Position numbers and translations under genes: made by a program. This document shows, in pieces, positions 1-10,390 of a DNA stretch of 64,000 nucleotides. Position 1 is the first letter of the stretch. The number at the start of each line of letters is the position of its first letter. The notes under the pieces are model-generated. The model saw only the letters and a list, made by a program, of their open reading frames with translations. It did not search any database and was not told the DNA's origin. Source of the stretch: Thermoproteota archaeon (GTDB lineage: Archaea; Korarchaeota; Korarchaeia; Korarchaeales; Korarchaeaceae); NCBI GenBank assembly GCA_026986575.1, contig JALSOH010000004.1, positions 384,001-448,000 of the forward strand. Direction: 5' to 3'.

Positions 1-841
1 CCGATTCTGATTCGGACTTCGACTCTGAACTCGACTCAGCCGATCCAGATTCCTCAACAACTGAACTTTCTTCTGCCTCCGCTTCAACCAGCTCAACTTC
101 CTTGACTTCCTCAGATCCCTCGGAAGACTCCAAGGCTTCCGCTAACTCCTCAGGGACTTCTACCTCTACCTCGGTGGTAGACAACTCCTCTCTCTCAGCC
201 TTCATCCTCTGCCTTATCTCCTCTATAACCTCCTCCCTTATTTTTACCATATCGGGGCTCTCGACGTCGGGCCTCACTATTCTAACTCTAACACCTATCA
301 CTCCTTGGGGCATAAGCACGTGCTTTACCGCATAGTCGACCTTCTCTATCTGATCTTGCCCGCATCTGTAGATTACCCCGGCCCTAAACCTCTCTTCCCT
401 AGCTCTCTGACTCCCAAATTTGCCTGCGAGCCTTATTTCCACTCCCTTAGCACCGGCCATCATGACCCTCCTGAGGGCGGAGAAGGCCACCCTCTTGTGC
501 CTCTCTCCCCTAGCGATTCTCCTAGCTATGTAACTAGCTACGATCCTCGCGCTCAAGAAGGGTTCGTCCACCTTCCTGGCCTGAATATAGGGATTAGAGA
601 TGCCTAGGGCCTCTTTTACCATTTCTCCTATCCTTTTGGATGCTCTCCCGCCTCTACCAATGATTATTCCGGGACGTTCGACGTAAACCGTAATGATGTC
701 CCTCACCGGCGTGGAGGAAATGTCCACACCGTGAAAACCAGCCTTCTCAGCTACTTTCTCCATTAACTCATGCAGGGAGTATCTAATAATGCCCTCCTGA
801 ACGAACTTCTTATAGTTAGGTAGGGTCTTCGTGGCGCTCAT
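1..841 (-). CDS. rps3: 30S ribosomal protein uS3, 3' end runs off the window; long Glu/Ser-rich C-terminal tail
   Basis: Hand translation from ATG at 841 (overlaps rpl22 TGA): MSATKTLPNYKKFVQEG...RPGIIIGRGG (KH domain)...GAKGVEIRLAGK...GVIGVRVRI. No stop before base 1. Absent from the ORF track. Confidence 0.95.
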   Translation of the reverse strand, partial: MSATKTLPNYKKFVQEGIIRYSLHELMEKVAEKAGFHGVDISSTPVRDIITVYVERPGIIIGRGGRASKRIGEMVKEALGISNPYIQARKVDEPFLSARIVASYIARRIARGERHKRVAFSALRRVMMAGAKGVEIRLAGKFGSQRAREERFRAGVIYRCGQDQIEKVDYAVKHVLMPQGVIGVRVRIVRPDVESPDMVKIREEVIEEIRQRMKAEREELSTTEVEVEVPEELAEALESSEGSEEVKEVELVEAEAEESSVVEESGSAESSSESKSESES

Positions 842-1308
842 TCTTCCTCCTCCCTTTCCTCCAGCACTATTTCAACATGAACTAACTGCTCCACCTTGGG
901 GGTAGCTCTACCGTAGGCCCTGGGGAAGATCCTCTTCAGCTTGGTTCCGGTTTGAGCAGCTGCGTGCTTCACATACAGGCGGTCAGGATCCAAGTCCTTA
1001 TTCGTGGCGTTATGTTCCGCACTCTTGAGTATCTTCTTGACGAGCTTCGCGGCCTTCACGGGGTACCTACCAGGTTTCCACCCGTTCAGCTCCCTCCTAT
1101 GGGGCACTCCCCTCTTAAACCTCTTGAAAGGTACAGCCCTCTTCAGAGCTATCACATCGTCTAGAATCTGGTAAGCTTCAGACAGTTTCTTGCCTCGGAT
1201 AGCTCTCAGCAACTCAACTGTCTCCTTGAACGATACCCTCAGGTCTCTCCCTGAAGCCATGGCTTCCCGCTCGCCTTTCGCGCTGTAGGAATATCCCCAC
1301 GATGGCAA
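838..1308 (-). CDS. rpl22: 50S ribosomal protein uL22
   Basis: GRYPVKAA, PRAYGRATP and HVEIVLEE motifs; TTG start with GGAGGT Shine-Dalgarno; directly upstream of rps3. Confidence 0.96.
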   Translation of the reverse strand: MPSWGYSYSAKGEREAMASGRDLRVSFKETVELLRAIRGKKLSEAYQILDDVIALKRAVPFKRFKRGVPHRRELNGWKPGRYPVKAAKLVKKILKSAEHNATNKDLDPDRLYVKHAAAQTGTKLKRIFPRAYGRATPKVEQLVHVEIVLEEREEEE

Positions 1309-1356
1309 CCTTCTTTACCTCCCTTCGGTTGGCATAGATCGGGGGCGTTTATAAAA

Positions 1357-2064
1357 ATGCTTGAGAAGCTGGACCTCGTAGCCGTCGATGTTGACGGCAC
1401 CATAACCCACGAGGAGCCGTACATTCACTTAGGAGCGGTTAAAGCTCTGAGATCTCTTGGGGAGAAGGTACCCATAGCCTTGGTGACGGGTAACCCCTTC
1501 CCCATCGCCTACGCTCTGTCGATTTACTTGAGACCAAGCTCGCAAGTGATTGGGATAGCCGAAAACGGAGGGGTAGTATACTTCGGAGGGAAGCACAGGC
1601 TACTTGGCAATCTGGATGTAATGAAAAAGGTAAAAAAATTTATAGAAAATAGTAATTACAGAAAATATATATCCGAAGATTCTAAGTTTAGATATGTTGA
1701 TTTGGCTTTGAGGATGGATCCTTCGACCCAAGAGAGGCTGATCAAAGAGATACTCTCGAGAGAGCTGGATGTGGAAATAACAACCAGCGGCTATGCTCTT
1801 CACATATTGCCCAAAGGGGTAAACAAGGGAACCGGACTCCTGTCCTTATGCGAGGAACTCGGCATAGATCCAAGACATGTGGCAGCTGTAGGCGACTCTC
1901 ACAATGATTTGGAGATGTTTTCTGTGGTAGGCCTCTCGATAGCCCTCCCCAACGCCCCAAGAAAGGTCAAAGAAAGAGCAGACGTAGTCGTGGGAGGACC
2001 TGGATATGGTTACAGCCTCCCACTTGCTATAAAAGTACTCAAGAACCTCCTTTCTCCTCTCTGA
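1357..2064 (+). CDS. Phosphoglycolate phosphatase-like HAD (Cof/IIB) hydrolase
   Basis: DVDGTIT, TGN, ENGG, NKG and GDSHND HAD motifs. Confidence 0.88.
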   Translation: MLEKLDLVAVDVDGTITHEEPYIHLGAVKALRSLGEKVPIALVTGNPFPIAYALSIYLRPSSQVIGIAENGGVVYFGGKHRLLGNLDVMKKVKKFIENSNYRKYISEDSKFRYVDLALRMDPSTQERLIKEILSRELDVEITTSGYALHILPKGVNKGTGLLSLCEELGIDPRHVAAVGDSHNDLEMFSVVGLSIALPNAPRKVKERADVVVGGPGYGYSLPLAIKVLKNLLSPL

Positions 2065-3022
2065 CTCCTCTCCTAGACTTCTCCATCCTGAACCTCCAGA
2101 AGAGATAGGCTCCGACAATCACCGGCGGGACTACTGCTAGGAGAATGAGCTGAGGGGGTACGTAAGGTTCGGCCTTCTGTATTATGACTACTAGGGATTT
2201 ACCATTCTCTTGAAGTTGGGGAACGAACTCCCAAAGGGCATCGTTCCATATGACCACCTTAGGTGCTGGGTTCCCTCCGAGTATTGAGATCTTTAGACTC
2301 GTGAAGTTGACCCATAGGTTGGCAGAGATGTCGTCCGGTAGTGCTGCCGTGAGAGGTGTCAGATCTATGTAGTAATAGCCGCTAGGACTTCTTCTGAGCT
2401 CCAACGGGAGGCTCTCTACCGTGAGATTGTAGTTCACTATCAAGGCGTGTGTTGCCATCTGCTCCTCGGTCCTGAAGGAGAGATGAAGTGACTTTATCTT
2501 GTCACTCTTCGCCGCTACGGAGGCGACTGAGACGATCCCCGTGTAGTTTATGTGCGGGGTGGACGCGTAAGTTACATTGACAAAGTTCCACCTTATTCCA
2601 TAGAGGAGGAGGAACCTGTCGCCATAGAAGAAGCTCATCATAGTGTGGACCGTTGTATTATCGAAGTAGCCCGCTGCTTCAGCCTTGGGGAAGAAACTTG
2701 CCCTCCTTGTAGGGTCTCCTGGTCTGGGGATAGCTATCAGGGTGTAAATCCCCCTAGGCCCAGCATTCGTCATGTTAATGGTGACGTTCCCCCTATAGCT
2801 TATCCAGTTGAGTATGGGAGCCTTGAGGACATTAGAGAAGTATCTGGTTTCAGGCTCGTGAATCAGCCTGAAGACCCGTGCCTTCATGGTGGCTGAGAGA
2901 TCCTCATGTATGACTATAGTAGCTACTGGCATCGGTCTCACAGCGGAGACGGAGAGGACAGCAGTGCCCAGGAGTAGGATGGCAGTTAGTAGGACTGCAG
3001 GACCCTTTCTCATGCTAGACAC
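2039..3022 (-). CDS. Secreted protein with C-terminal membrane anchor, function unknown (start may be ATG ~3013)
   Basis: N-terminal hydrophobic signal, several N-x-T/S sequons, C-terminal TM helix followed by a basic tail. Confidence 0.7.
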   Translation of the reverse strand: MSSMRKGPAVLLTAILLLGTAVLSVSAVRPMPVATIVIHEDLSATMKARVFRLIHEPETRYFSNVLKAPILNWISYRGNVTINMTNAGPRGIYTLIAIPRPGDPTRRASFFPKAEAAGYFDNTTVHTMMSFFYGDRFLLLYGIRWNFVNVTYASTPHINYTGIVSVASVAAKSDKIKSLHLSFRTEEQMATHALIVNYNLTVESLPLELRRSPSGYYYIDLTPLTAALPDDISANLWVNFTSLKISILGGNPAPKVVIWNDALWEFVPQLQENGKSLVVIIQKAEPYVPPQLILLAVVPPVIVGAYLFWRFRMEKSRRGVREEKGGS

Positions 3023-3056
3023 CTTTCGCCAAACCGAGATGGTACCCTTTATTTAA

Positions 3057-5573
3057 ATGAGGGTCCTTATGGATGCGCTGGGTATGACGAATAGAAGGGG
3101 AATACTCCTCTCCGTCTTCTACTCAGGTGAGGATAAAGCTGCTGTGATGAAGTTCTACGATCCTGAGAGAGAGGAGGTCTTTCTGGTAAGAGATAATACT
3201 GGACATAAACCCTATCTGTTAACGGATGCACCAGCCGACTCATTAGAGGAAGTACTGTCCCCCAGCTTAGCTGCTAGGTTATTCAAGGTCTCCAAGGTGA
3301 GGAAGTACGATGTTCTGAGGGACAAGGAAGTTGAAGTGACGAAGGTAGAGGCCAAGGATCCGCTCGCCATAGGAGGATCCCCTAAGAACATTAGAGAGGA
3401 ATTGGCGAAGAAAGGGTTCAATGTGTGGGAAGCCAAGATAAAGTACTACGACTGCTACGTGTATGACAGAGGGCTGATACCCGGCTGCTCTTACGAGGTG
3501 GACGACTCAGGAAACGTGATTAGACCACACAAGGACAGCAAGATTCCCCAAGAGTTCAGGCATTTAGACGAGAGGACCAAGGAGATACTCTCTTCCATGA
3601 TACCCCTATTCGATGAACCTTCCCCGCACCTAAAGAGTGTTGCCGTCGATATAGAGGTACTCGCCACTCTAGACAGGATGCCCGATCCATCGAAGCCGGA
3701 TAAACCTGTAGCGGCAGTAGCATTAGTTGATAATGAGGGTAGGAAGGAGGTTCATGTGCTGCTGCGGGGCGGGGAGGTGCCAGATATCCTACCCAATGGA
3801 GCTCAATTGATCAAGTATGAGAACGAGGGTAGGTTGATCCGCTCCGTCCTAGACAGGATCTCACAATACCCTCTGGTCTTCACGTACAACGGCGATAACT
3901 TCGACATGCCCTACCTAGCTAGGAGGGCTAGGGAATTGGGAGTGAGGGACTGGCCAGTAAGGTTGGAGAGGGACAGAGCTCTTCTAGACACGGGAATGCA
4001 TGTGGATCTCTATAAGCTCTTTAGCAACAAGTCAATTCAGGTTTACGTGTTCAACAACAAGTACTTGGGTTACACGTTAGATGAGGTGGCTGAGGCCTTA
4101 CTTGGTGAGAGGAAGATTGAACTGGGCACTAGAGACTTTTACTCAGTTAGCGTCAGAGAATTAGCTGAATATTGCCTGCAAGATGCGGAATTGACCTTCA
4201 AGTTGGGGAATATAGGGGAGGGCGAGCTGATCAGGTTACTCTTCCTCCTCTCTAGGATAAGCAAGATGTCCTTGGAGGAGGTATCTAGGCAAGGAGTCTC
4301 CTCATGGATCAGGAACATGATATTCTTCGAATACAGGAGGAGGAACTGGCTCATACCGGAGCAGGATGAGATAAAGGCGGTCAGAGGGGAGAGGACCTAC
4401 TCACAGGCGATAATAAAGGGGAAAAAGTACATGGGAGCTATAGTGCTCGAGCCAGTTCCGGGCGTCCATTTCAATGTGGCAGTGATGGACTTCGCGAGCC
4501 TATATCCCTCCATAATTGGCAGGTGGAAGGTGAGCTTCGAGACGATAAATTGCCCACACGAGGACTGCAGGGAGAACAGACCGGTGGAGGAACTGCCCCA
4601 CTGGATATGTAGGAAGGGGCTTGGGATAGTCCCTTACCTCATACAGGCGCTGAGGGACATGAGGGTGAAGAGGTACAAGAAGAGGGCTAAAGAGGAGAAG
4701 AACGAGCACATGAGAAAATGGTTCGACACGGTTCAGAGGAGCTTGAAGGTCTTCCTTAACGCTAGCTACGGGGTGTTCGGGTATGAGAACTTCCCTCTGT
4801 ACTCTCCACCCGCCGCTGAGACCATTACTGCATTGGCCAGGAAGGCCATGCTCCTATCGATAGAGAAGGCTAGAAAAATGGGTTTGGAGGTCATTTACGG
4901 AGACACCGATTCTCTATTCATTAAGGGGGCAACTCAAGAGGAAATAGAACGGTTGGAGGAGGCAGTAGAATCCAAGTTGGGTATAGATCTGGAGCTGGAC
5001 AAGTGGTATCGGTATGTAGTCCTCTCTCGTCTGAAGAAGAACTACCTAGGAGTGACTGTGGACGGAGTAATTGATGTGAAGGGGCTCCTCGGGAAGAAGA
5101 GGAACATTCCTCTGTTCGTCAAGAAGGCGTTTGATGAAGTTCTGGAGATACTCAAAAAGGTGGAAACTCCCGATCAGTTCGAAGAGGCCAAGGAGAAGGT
5201 AGCTGAGACGATAAGGTCCTATGTGAAAAGGCTGGAGGCTGGAGAGTTCGATCTGGAGGAGCTGGCCTTCAAGACCATGCTGACTAGGAACTTGAACAGC
5301 TACAAGAAGACCACCCCTCAGCACGTCAAGGTGGCGAGGATGCTGGAGAGCATGGGAAGGAGGGTGGTGGCCGGTCAGGTGATCAGGTACGTGAAGGTGA
5401 GGGGTAGAGAAGGTGTAATGCCCCTAGAACTCGCCAGAAAGGCCCAGATAGATAAGGAAAAGTACTTGGAGATAATGAGGACCACATTCGAGCAGATACT
5501 CGATTCCCTAGACATGGATTTCGATGATATAGTGAAGGATAGGAAATCAACGAGCCTTGAGGAATTCTTCTAG
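3057..5573 (+). CDS. polB1: Family B DNA polymerase, crenarchaeal PolB1 type
   Basis: Exonuclease motifs DIEV and YNGDNFD; polymerase motifs DFASLYPS, NASYG, YGDTDS, KKNY; C-terminal PIP-like TSLEEFF; no intein. Confidence 0.95.
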   Translation: MRVLMDALGMTNRRGILLSVFYSGEDKAAVMKFYDPEREEVFLVRDNTGHKPYLLTDAPADSLEEVLSPSLAARLFKVSKVRKYDVLRDKEVEVTKVEAKDPLAIGGSPKNIREELAKKGFNVWEAKIKYYDCYVYDRGLIPGCSYEVDDSGNVIRPHKDSKIPQEFRHLDERTKEILSSMIPLFDEPSPHLKSVAVDIEVLATLDRMPDPSKPDKPVAAVALVDNEGRKEVHVLLRGGEVPDILPNGAQLIKYENEGRLIRSVLDRISQYPLVFTYNGDNFDMPYLARRARELGVRDWPVRLERDRALLDTGMHVDLYKLFSNKSIQVYVFNNKYLGYTLDEVAEALLGERKIELGTRDFYSVSVRELAEYCLQDAELTFKLGNIGEGELIRLLFLLSRISKMSLEEVSRQGVSSWIRNMIFFEYRRRNWLIPEQDEIKAVRGERTYSQAIIKGKKYMGAIVLEPVPGVHFNVAVMDFASLYPSIIGRWKVSFETINCPHEDCRENRPVEELPHWICRKGLGIVPYLIQALRDMRVKRYKKRAKEEKNEHMRKWFDTVQRSLKVFLNASYGVFGYENFPLYSPPAAETITALARKAMLLSIEKARKMGLEVIYGDTDSLFIKGATQEEIERLEEAVESKLGIDLELDKWYRYVVLSRLKKNYLGVTVDGVIDVKGLLGKKRNIPLFVKKAFDEVLEILKKVETPDQFEEAKEKVAETIRSYVKRLEAGEFDLEELAFKTMLTRNLNSYKKTTPQHVKVARMLESMGRRVVAGQVIRYVKVRGREGVMPLELARKAQIDKEKYLEIMRTTFEQILDSLDMDFDDIVKDRKSTSLEEFF

Positions 5574-7442
5574 CTTCTCTTTCACTCTCTTGCTGACTAT
5601 AGATCCGTCTATCTTCCCCCTGACCTCCCTCATCACCTCGCCCATGATCATGCCGTAAGCCCTCTCTCCCTTCTCCATCACCTTGGATGAGAGCTTCTCG
5701 AGGACCTGTTCTATCACCTTGTCCAGCTCATCGACCGACATGCGATGAGTCCTCACGTATTCCTCAACGCTGGAGTACTCTCCTCTAGATAGAGACCTCA
5801 GCACCTCTGGCACGGCCTCCTTCGCCAGTGATCCCTCCCCAAGCAACTTAGCTATCTCCTCAAAGTGCTTTTCTCTTAGATTTTCCACGGGTTCGCCTTC
5901 TCTTTTCAAGGATCTAACCATTGAGACAAGCATTGAAGCTAGAAATCTGGTAGGCACCCCGTACCTGCTTAACTTCTCGAAGAGCTCCACCTTCCCATCA
6001 TCGAATATCTCCCAAGCCAGCTCTTCAGTCAGGTCATATTTCTCCGTTAGCTCTCTGACCTGATCCTCTGGCATGGAGGGGAGTTCCCTTATCTTTTCCA
6101 GTATGGGCCTCACGTTCACAGGCATGACATCGGTTTCAGGGTACATCCTGGCGGAGCCAGGCATGGGTCTCATGAAGGCTGTGTTTCCGTCGGGAAGGGC
6201 CCTCCTAGTTTCACTAGGCACTCCTCTGAGGGCTTGCTTCAGCCTCTCCCTCACGGAGTCTAGAGCCAGTTTGGCGGCATCCTTCCTACCCAGAACGAGC
6301 ACAAAGGAATCACCTTCATCACATCCGAGCAGTTCCCTGACCCTATTCACCTCATCCTCTCCTATTCCATAGCCAGGTAGCTCGTCTCCGTGAAGGATGC
6401 CCTTAACTCCGCCGAAGACCTTGGCATAATCCGCTAGCTCTGTCCCGAATCTCCTTCCTGGCTGTAGCTCCTTGCCTAGTATACCACTGAAACCCTTAAC
6501 TTTGATGCCGTAGACCCTCTCGCCCTTGGACATGGCCTTCTTTATTAACTTCGACTCGGAGGATGAGAAAACGGAGGTCACATCGATGATGGGGACGTCT
6601 AGATCCTCCTCCCTCACCCCCCTACTTCTCAGCTCATCTCTTATACTGAGGAGGTTAAGCTGCCTCATAACCTCTCTTCTAATTATCTCCGGGATGAGAT
6701 CTAAGTCCTGAACGCCCTTTATCTCCTGTCTGGCGCCGCCCTCTATGGAAACGTTTATGTCCTGCCTGATGGTGCCCAACCCCCTCTGAACCCTGCCTGT
6801 CGCTCTAAGTATCCTCCCGAGCTTCAACGCCGCTTCTCTGGCCTGTTCGGGGTTCTTAATATCGGGCTCGGTCGCTAACTCTACCAAGGGAATGCCCAGT
6901 CTGTCGAGCCTGTACTTGGCTCTTTCGGGTTTACTTTCAACGATGTAGGCTGACTCCTCCTCCAGACAGAGGGTCGCCATCCTGACCCTGCCCCACTTAG
7001 TCTCTATTCCGCTGCCCTCCCCACCCAGTGCTACTAGGGCGGTTCTCTGGAATCCGGTGGTATTGCTCCCATCGACGACTATCTTCCTCATGATGTGGAC
7101 CTCGTCCACGGGCTCCATTCCTAACATCAGCGCTATGGTCAGGGAGATCTCCAAGGCCTCCTCGTTCATTGGGTGGGGAGGCGCCTCGTCAGCCTCCACC
7201 TCGCAGGTGGTGTCGTAGTAGATCCCGTAGAGGAAATCCCTCTTCCTCAACGACTCGAACCTAGCAGCTGGATCTACAGCACCTAACTCGCTGTAGGAGA
7301 CACTCAGTCTCCTCCTGATCCACTCATGGGGATCATCTTCTCTCATTATTGAGGGACAGCTACAAAACAACTTGTGCGTATCGAGCCTCTGATGGATCTC
7401 AAGCCCGACCTTGAGACCTATCCTTTCGTAATCGATGTCCAC
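5547..7442 (-). CDS. gatE: Glu-tRNA(Gln) amidotransferase subunit E
   Basis: GLKVGLEIHQRL, MRKIVVDGSNTTGFQRT, PGSARMYPETD. Confidence 0.97.
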   Translation of the reverse strand: MDIDYERIGLKVGLEIHQRLDTHKLFCSCPSIMREDDPHEWIRRRLSVSYSELGAVDPAARFESLRKRDFLYGIYYDTTCEVEADEAPPHPMNEEALEISLTIALMLGMEPVDEVHIMRKIVVDGSNTTGFQRTALVALGGEGSGIETKWGRVRMATLCLEEESAYIVESKPERAKYRLDRLGIPLVELATEPDIKNPEQAREAALKLGRILRATGRVQRGLGTIRQDINVSIEGGARQEIKGVQDLDLIPEIIRREVMRQLNLLSIRDELRSRGVREEDLDVPIIDVTSVFSSSESKLIKKAMSKGERVYGIKVKGFSGILGKELQPGRRFGTELADYAKVFGGVKGILHGDELPGYGIGEDEVNRVRELLGCDEGDSFVLVLGRKDAAKLALDSVRERLKQALRGVPSETRRALPDGNTAFMRPMPGSARMYPETDVMPVNVRPILEKIRELPSMPEDQVRELTEKYDLTEELAWEIFDDGKVELFEKLSRYGVPTRFLASMLVSMVRSLKREGEPVENLREKHFEEIAKLLGEGSLAKEAVPEVLRSLSRGEYSSVEEYVRTHRMSVDELDKVIEQVLEKLSSKVMEKGERAYGMIMGEVMREVRGKIDGSIVSKRVKEKLEEFLKAR

Positions 7443-7446
7443 GTAA

Positions 7447-8787
7447 TCACCTCCAACATGGTGGAAATACGTTCAATCCTAGGTGAGCGCCCAGCTCTCC
7501 GGCGATGTTCGTCTGCATGATCCTCCTGATCTCCTCCATGTCGCTGGTATGACCTAAAGCGTACATCAGCTTTATCAAAGCTACTTCAGGGAGCATATCT
7601 CCTCCAGGAATCACACCAGCCACTAGGAGACGCCTTCCCGTCTCATAAACCTGGAGATCCACCCTCCCGAATAGGCATTGGGATGTTACGACTACGGGAA
7701 CTCCGCTGCTAACTATCTCCCCCACGGTAGGGATGAGCCAGCGAGGGACATGGCCCAATCCCGTCCCGGCTATTACTACGCCCTTGAACCTCTCACCAGC
7801 ATATCTCAGCATGTCCTCCGGCATACCGGGCCACACGTGGAGGAGAGCCACGTTGGGCTCAAGTCGATCGTCTAGCTCTACCTGACTTCTTCCCTCTCTT
7901 CTGGGGTTGAACTTGTTGGATAACAACTCTATCTTCTCTCTCGTCACTTTAGCAATTGGAGGTTCGTTTACTGGCTGGAAAGCATCTCTCCTAGATGTAT
8001 GAAGCTTCCTCGCCTTCACCCCCCTTATCACGAAGGCATAATCATCGTGTGGGCTCCCGTGCATCACAATGACGGACTCGGCAATGGGCCCTTGCGCCGC
8101 CATCCTTGCAGCAGCTATCAAGTTGAGGATAGCATCAGTAGATGGACGATCTATTGACCTTTGAGAACCGACCAGAATGACCGGCTTATCTAGGTTACGC
8201 AGCATGAATGCCAGGGCAGCCGCCGTGAAATGCATGGTGTCGGTGCCATGGGCTATTATGGCACCCTCTGCTCCCTTCCTTAACTCATCGTAAACTGCCT
8301 TGGCGATCTTCCTCCAATGATCTGGAGTTAAATTCTCGCTGAACTCAGCAAACAGAGGCACGTAATCTATGTTGACGATCTCAGCCAGCTCGGGTACTAT
8401 GTCAAGTAGCTCCTCTGGCTTCTCGTGAGATATAACCGCCCCCGTAGAGTAGTCGACCCTAGAAGTGATGGTTCCCCCGGTCACTATGAGGGGAACATAG
8501 GGTAGATCCTCCCTGAACCTGAGCGAGGGGATCTCTCTCCTCTGAATGGGCTTTCCCTTCTCCAGAACCTCTATCTCGACGCCATCTAGGTATATCCCAA
8601 CGTTATATCCACTGTCTAGCTTCAGGATCACATGCTCATCGTCGAAAATCTCTGGTCGCGGTATTACGATTCCCTCATATACTAGACTCCCTTTCCTTAT
8701 TCTGATCCTATCGTAGTCTTCCACACCTAGAGAAGAGAGGATACGCTTGGCCTTTCCCTTATAGTGGAGAGTCATCGGTCCAGTCAA
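7447..8787 (-). CDS. gatD: Glu-tRNA(Gln) amidotransferase subunit D
   Basis: TGGTITSRVDYSTG, HGTDTM and GSQRSIDRPS asparaginase-like motifs; adjacent to gatE. Confidence 0.97.
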   Translation of the reverse strand: MTGPMTLHYKGKAKRILSSLGVEDYDRIRIRKGSLVYEGIVIPRPEIFDDEHVILKLDSGYNVGIYLDGVEIEVLEKGKPIQRREIPSLRFREDLPYVPLIVTGGTITSRVDYSTGAVISHEKPEELLDIVPELAEIVNIDYVPLFAEFSENLTPDHWRKIAKAVYDELRKGAEGAIIAHGTDTMHFTAAALAFMLRNLDKPVILVGSQRSIDRPSTDAILNLIAAARMAAQGPIAESVIVMHGSPHDDYAFVIRGVKARKLHTSRRDAFQPVNEPPIAKVTREKIELLSNKFNPRREGRSQVELDDRLEPNVALLHVWPGMPEDMLRYAGERFKGVVIAGTGLGHVPRWLIPTVGEIVSSGVPVVVTSQCLFGRVDLQVYETGRRLLVAGVIPGGDMLPEVALIKLMYALGHTSDMEEIRRIMQTNIAGELGAHLGLNVFPPCWR

Positions 8788-8820
8788 CCGGTTCTACAGT
8801 AAAAAAGATTGGATGGAGGG

Positions 8821-9231
8821 TCAACCTAGAACAGGCCTGAACTTGTAGGAGTAGGCTATGAGGCCAGATTCACCGCTCACGCGCGTCTTCCTTATTACCA
8901 TCTCTACCTCCATTCCTTCCTTGACCTCTTCTGGATGCACATCCGTTAGCTGTGAGAAGACACGAGTACCATCCTCCAGCTCTATTAGGGCTACGACGTA
9001 AGGAGTGTAATACTCGTATCCTCTGGGGGCGTTCCAGATTACGGAGTAGTTGATGACCCTACCTCTTCTGGGCAGCGCCACTCTCTCAATGTTCCTAGAT
9101 CCGCACACAGGACATACTCCCTCCTCCGGCAGCGTTTTATGGCCGCAATCCTTGCACCTACCTCCCTCCAACCTGTATCTAGCCGGGAGTTCCCTCCAAT
9201 GGGCTGGGACACTTTGCCAATATGCCCACAT
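8821..9231 (-). CDS. DUF35 Zn-ribbon/OB-fold scaffold protein of the thiolase-HMGCS complex
   Basis: CxxC...CxxC, C-terminal YSYKFRP; downstream of thiolase and HMGCS. Confidence 0.93.
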   Translation of the reverse strand: MWAYWQSVPAHWRELPARYRLEGGRCKDCGHKTLPEEGVCPVCGSRNIERVALPRRGRVINYSVIWNAPRGYEYYTPYVVALIELEDGTRVFSQLTDVHPEEVKEGMEVEMVIRKTRVSGESGLIAYSYKFRPVLG

Positions 9232-9234
9232 AGA

Positions 9235-10368
9235 TCACACCCCCCTCACTAGGTGGACGACCGAATTGGCCCCTAGACCGCCTACACTGAGCAAGAGCCC
9301 GCCCTTGGCACCGGGAACCTGCCAACCCTCGGCCCTTCCAGTTATTTGTAGGAAAGCTTCTGCCATCTGGTAGACGCCGGTCGCACCCACGGGATTCCCT
9401 CGTGCCTTCAATCCTCCCTCCGGATTGATGGGTGTGGAACCATCTCTCCGGGCATCTCCATTACTGAAGAGTAACGATGCTTTCCCTCTCTCCGCCAGGC
9501 CGAGCTCTTCGACTTCAACGTATCCCATCACACTGGAGTAATCGTGGATCGCGTAGAAGTCTGGCTTGAAGTCTGGAGATGTCTCGAGAGCCCTCTTAAA
9601 AGCTGCGCGCACTGAGGGTAACTGAGTCAGATCATTCCTGCGGTAGATGGAGATGGTATCAGTTGCCTGACCGGATGAGACTATCTCGACGCTGCTCTCT
9701 TTACCTAGGTCCTTGGAAAGGACTACTGCCGCGGCTCCATCACTGATAGGAGCGAGATCTAGCATCGTAACTGGTTCCGCTATCACCGGAGATGATTCGT
9801 AACTTTGGGGCTTCAGCTTGAACCTGAGCTGGGCATGAGGGGTCGTCGACGCGTTCTCATGCATTAGCAGGGGTAAATGGGAGAACTCTTCCTTCGGAAC
9901 GTCATACTTCCTCATGTAGGCCCGCATCATCATGGCATGCATCGATTCCAGTGTCCCTCCTGGAAAGGCCTCGTACTCCGAGTCTATGAAGGTAGAGAGA
10001 GCCGATGTGGAGTCCTCTAGCGATGTGTAGTCGGTCATCTTCTCCACGCCCACTACCAGTACCTTCTCCGCGGTTCCGCTCGCCACCAACGACTTGGCGA
10101 GTAGTATAGCCGCTCCTCCCGAGGCCCCAGCCGCCTCCACCTTGACTGCGGGCGTGCCTACCATTCCCAGATGGGTAGCAACGTAGGATGCTAGGTTCTC
10201 TTGAGCGTTTACCACCCCAGACAGCGCATTGGCGACGACTAGGAAATCCACATCCTCGACCGATGCATCCTCCAAAGCGGAAAGAGCAGCTTCCACAGCT
10301 AGATGCCTCAAGGACCTATCCCAATGGTTGCCCACCTTAGTCAAACCCACACCTATCACGTAGACCAT
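9235..10368 (-). CDS. Thiolase-fold protein (archaeal acetoacetyl-CoA thiolase homolog) with degenerate active site
   Basis: VGVEKM, PISDGAAAVVL, GGLKARGNPVGATG; ATG at 10368 preceded by GGGGTGA SD; catalytic Cys and His missing. Confidence 0.9.
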   Translation of the reverse strand: MVYVIGVGLTKVGNHWDRSLRHLAVEAALSALEDASVEDVDFLVVANALSGVVNAQENLASYVATHLGMVGTPAVKVEAAGASGGAAILLAKSLVASGTAEKVLVVGVEKMTDYTSLEDSTSALSTFIDSEYEAFPGGTLESMHAMMMRAYMRKYDVPKEEFSHLPLLMHENASTTPHAQLRFKLKPQSYESSPVIAEPVTMLDLAPISDGAAAVVLSKDLGKESSVEIVSSGQATDTISIYRRNDLTQLPSVRAAFKRALETSPDFKPDFYAIHDYSSVMGYVEVEELGLAERGKASLLFSNGDARRDGSTPINPEGGLKARGNPVGATGVYQMAEAFLQITGRAEGWQVPGAKGGLLLSVGGLGANSVVHLVRGV

Positions 10369-10390
10369 GGCATCACCCCTCCAAAACACC

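Noticed and set aside
102-1164. Plus-strand ORFs over rps3/rpl22, and the many similar Ser/Pro/Leu-rich antisense ORFs throughout the track
   Set aside because: Reverse-frame shadows of well-supported genes
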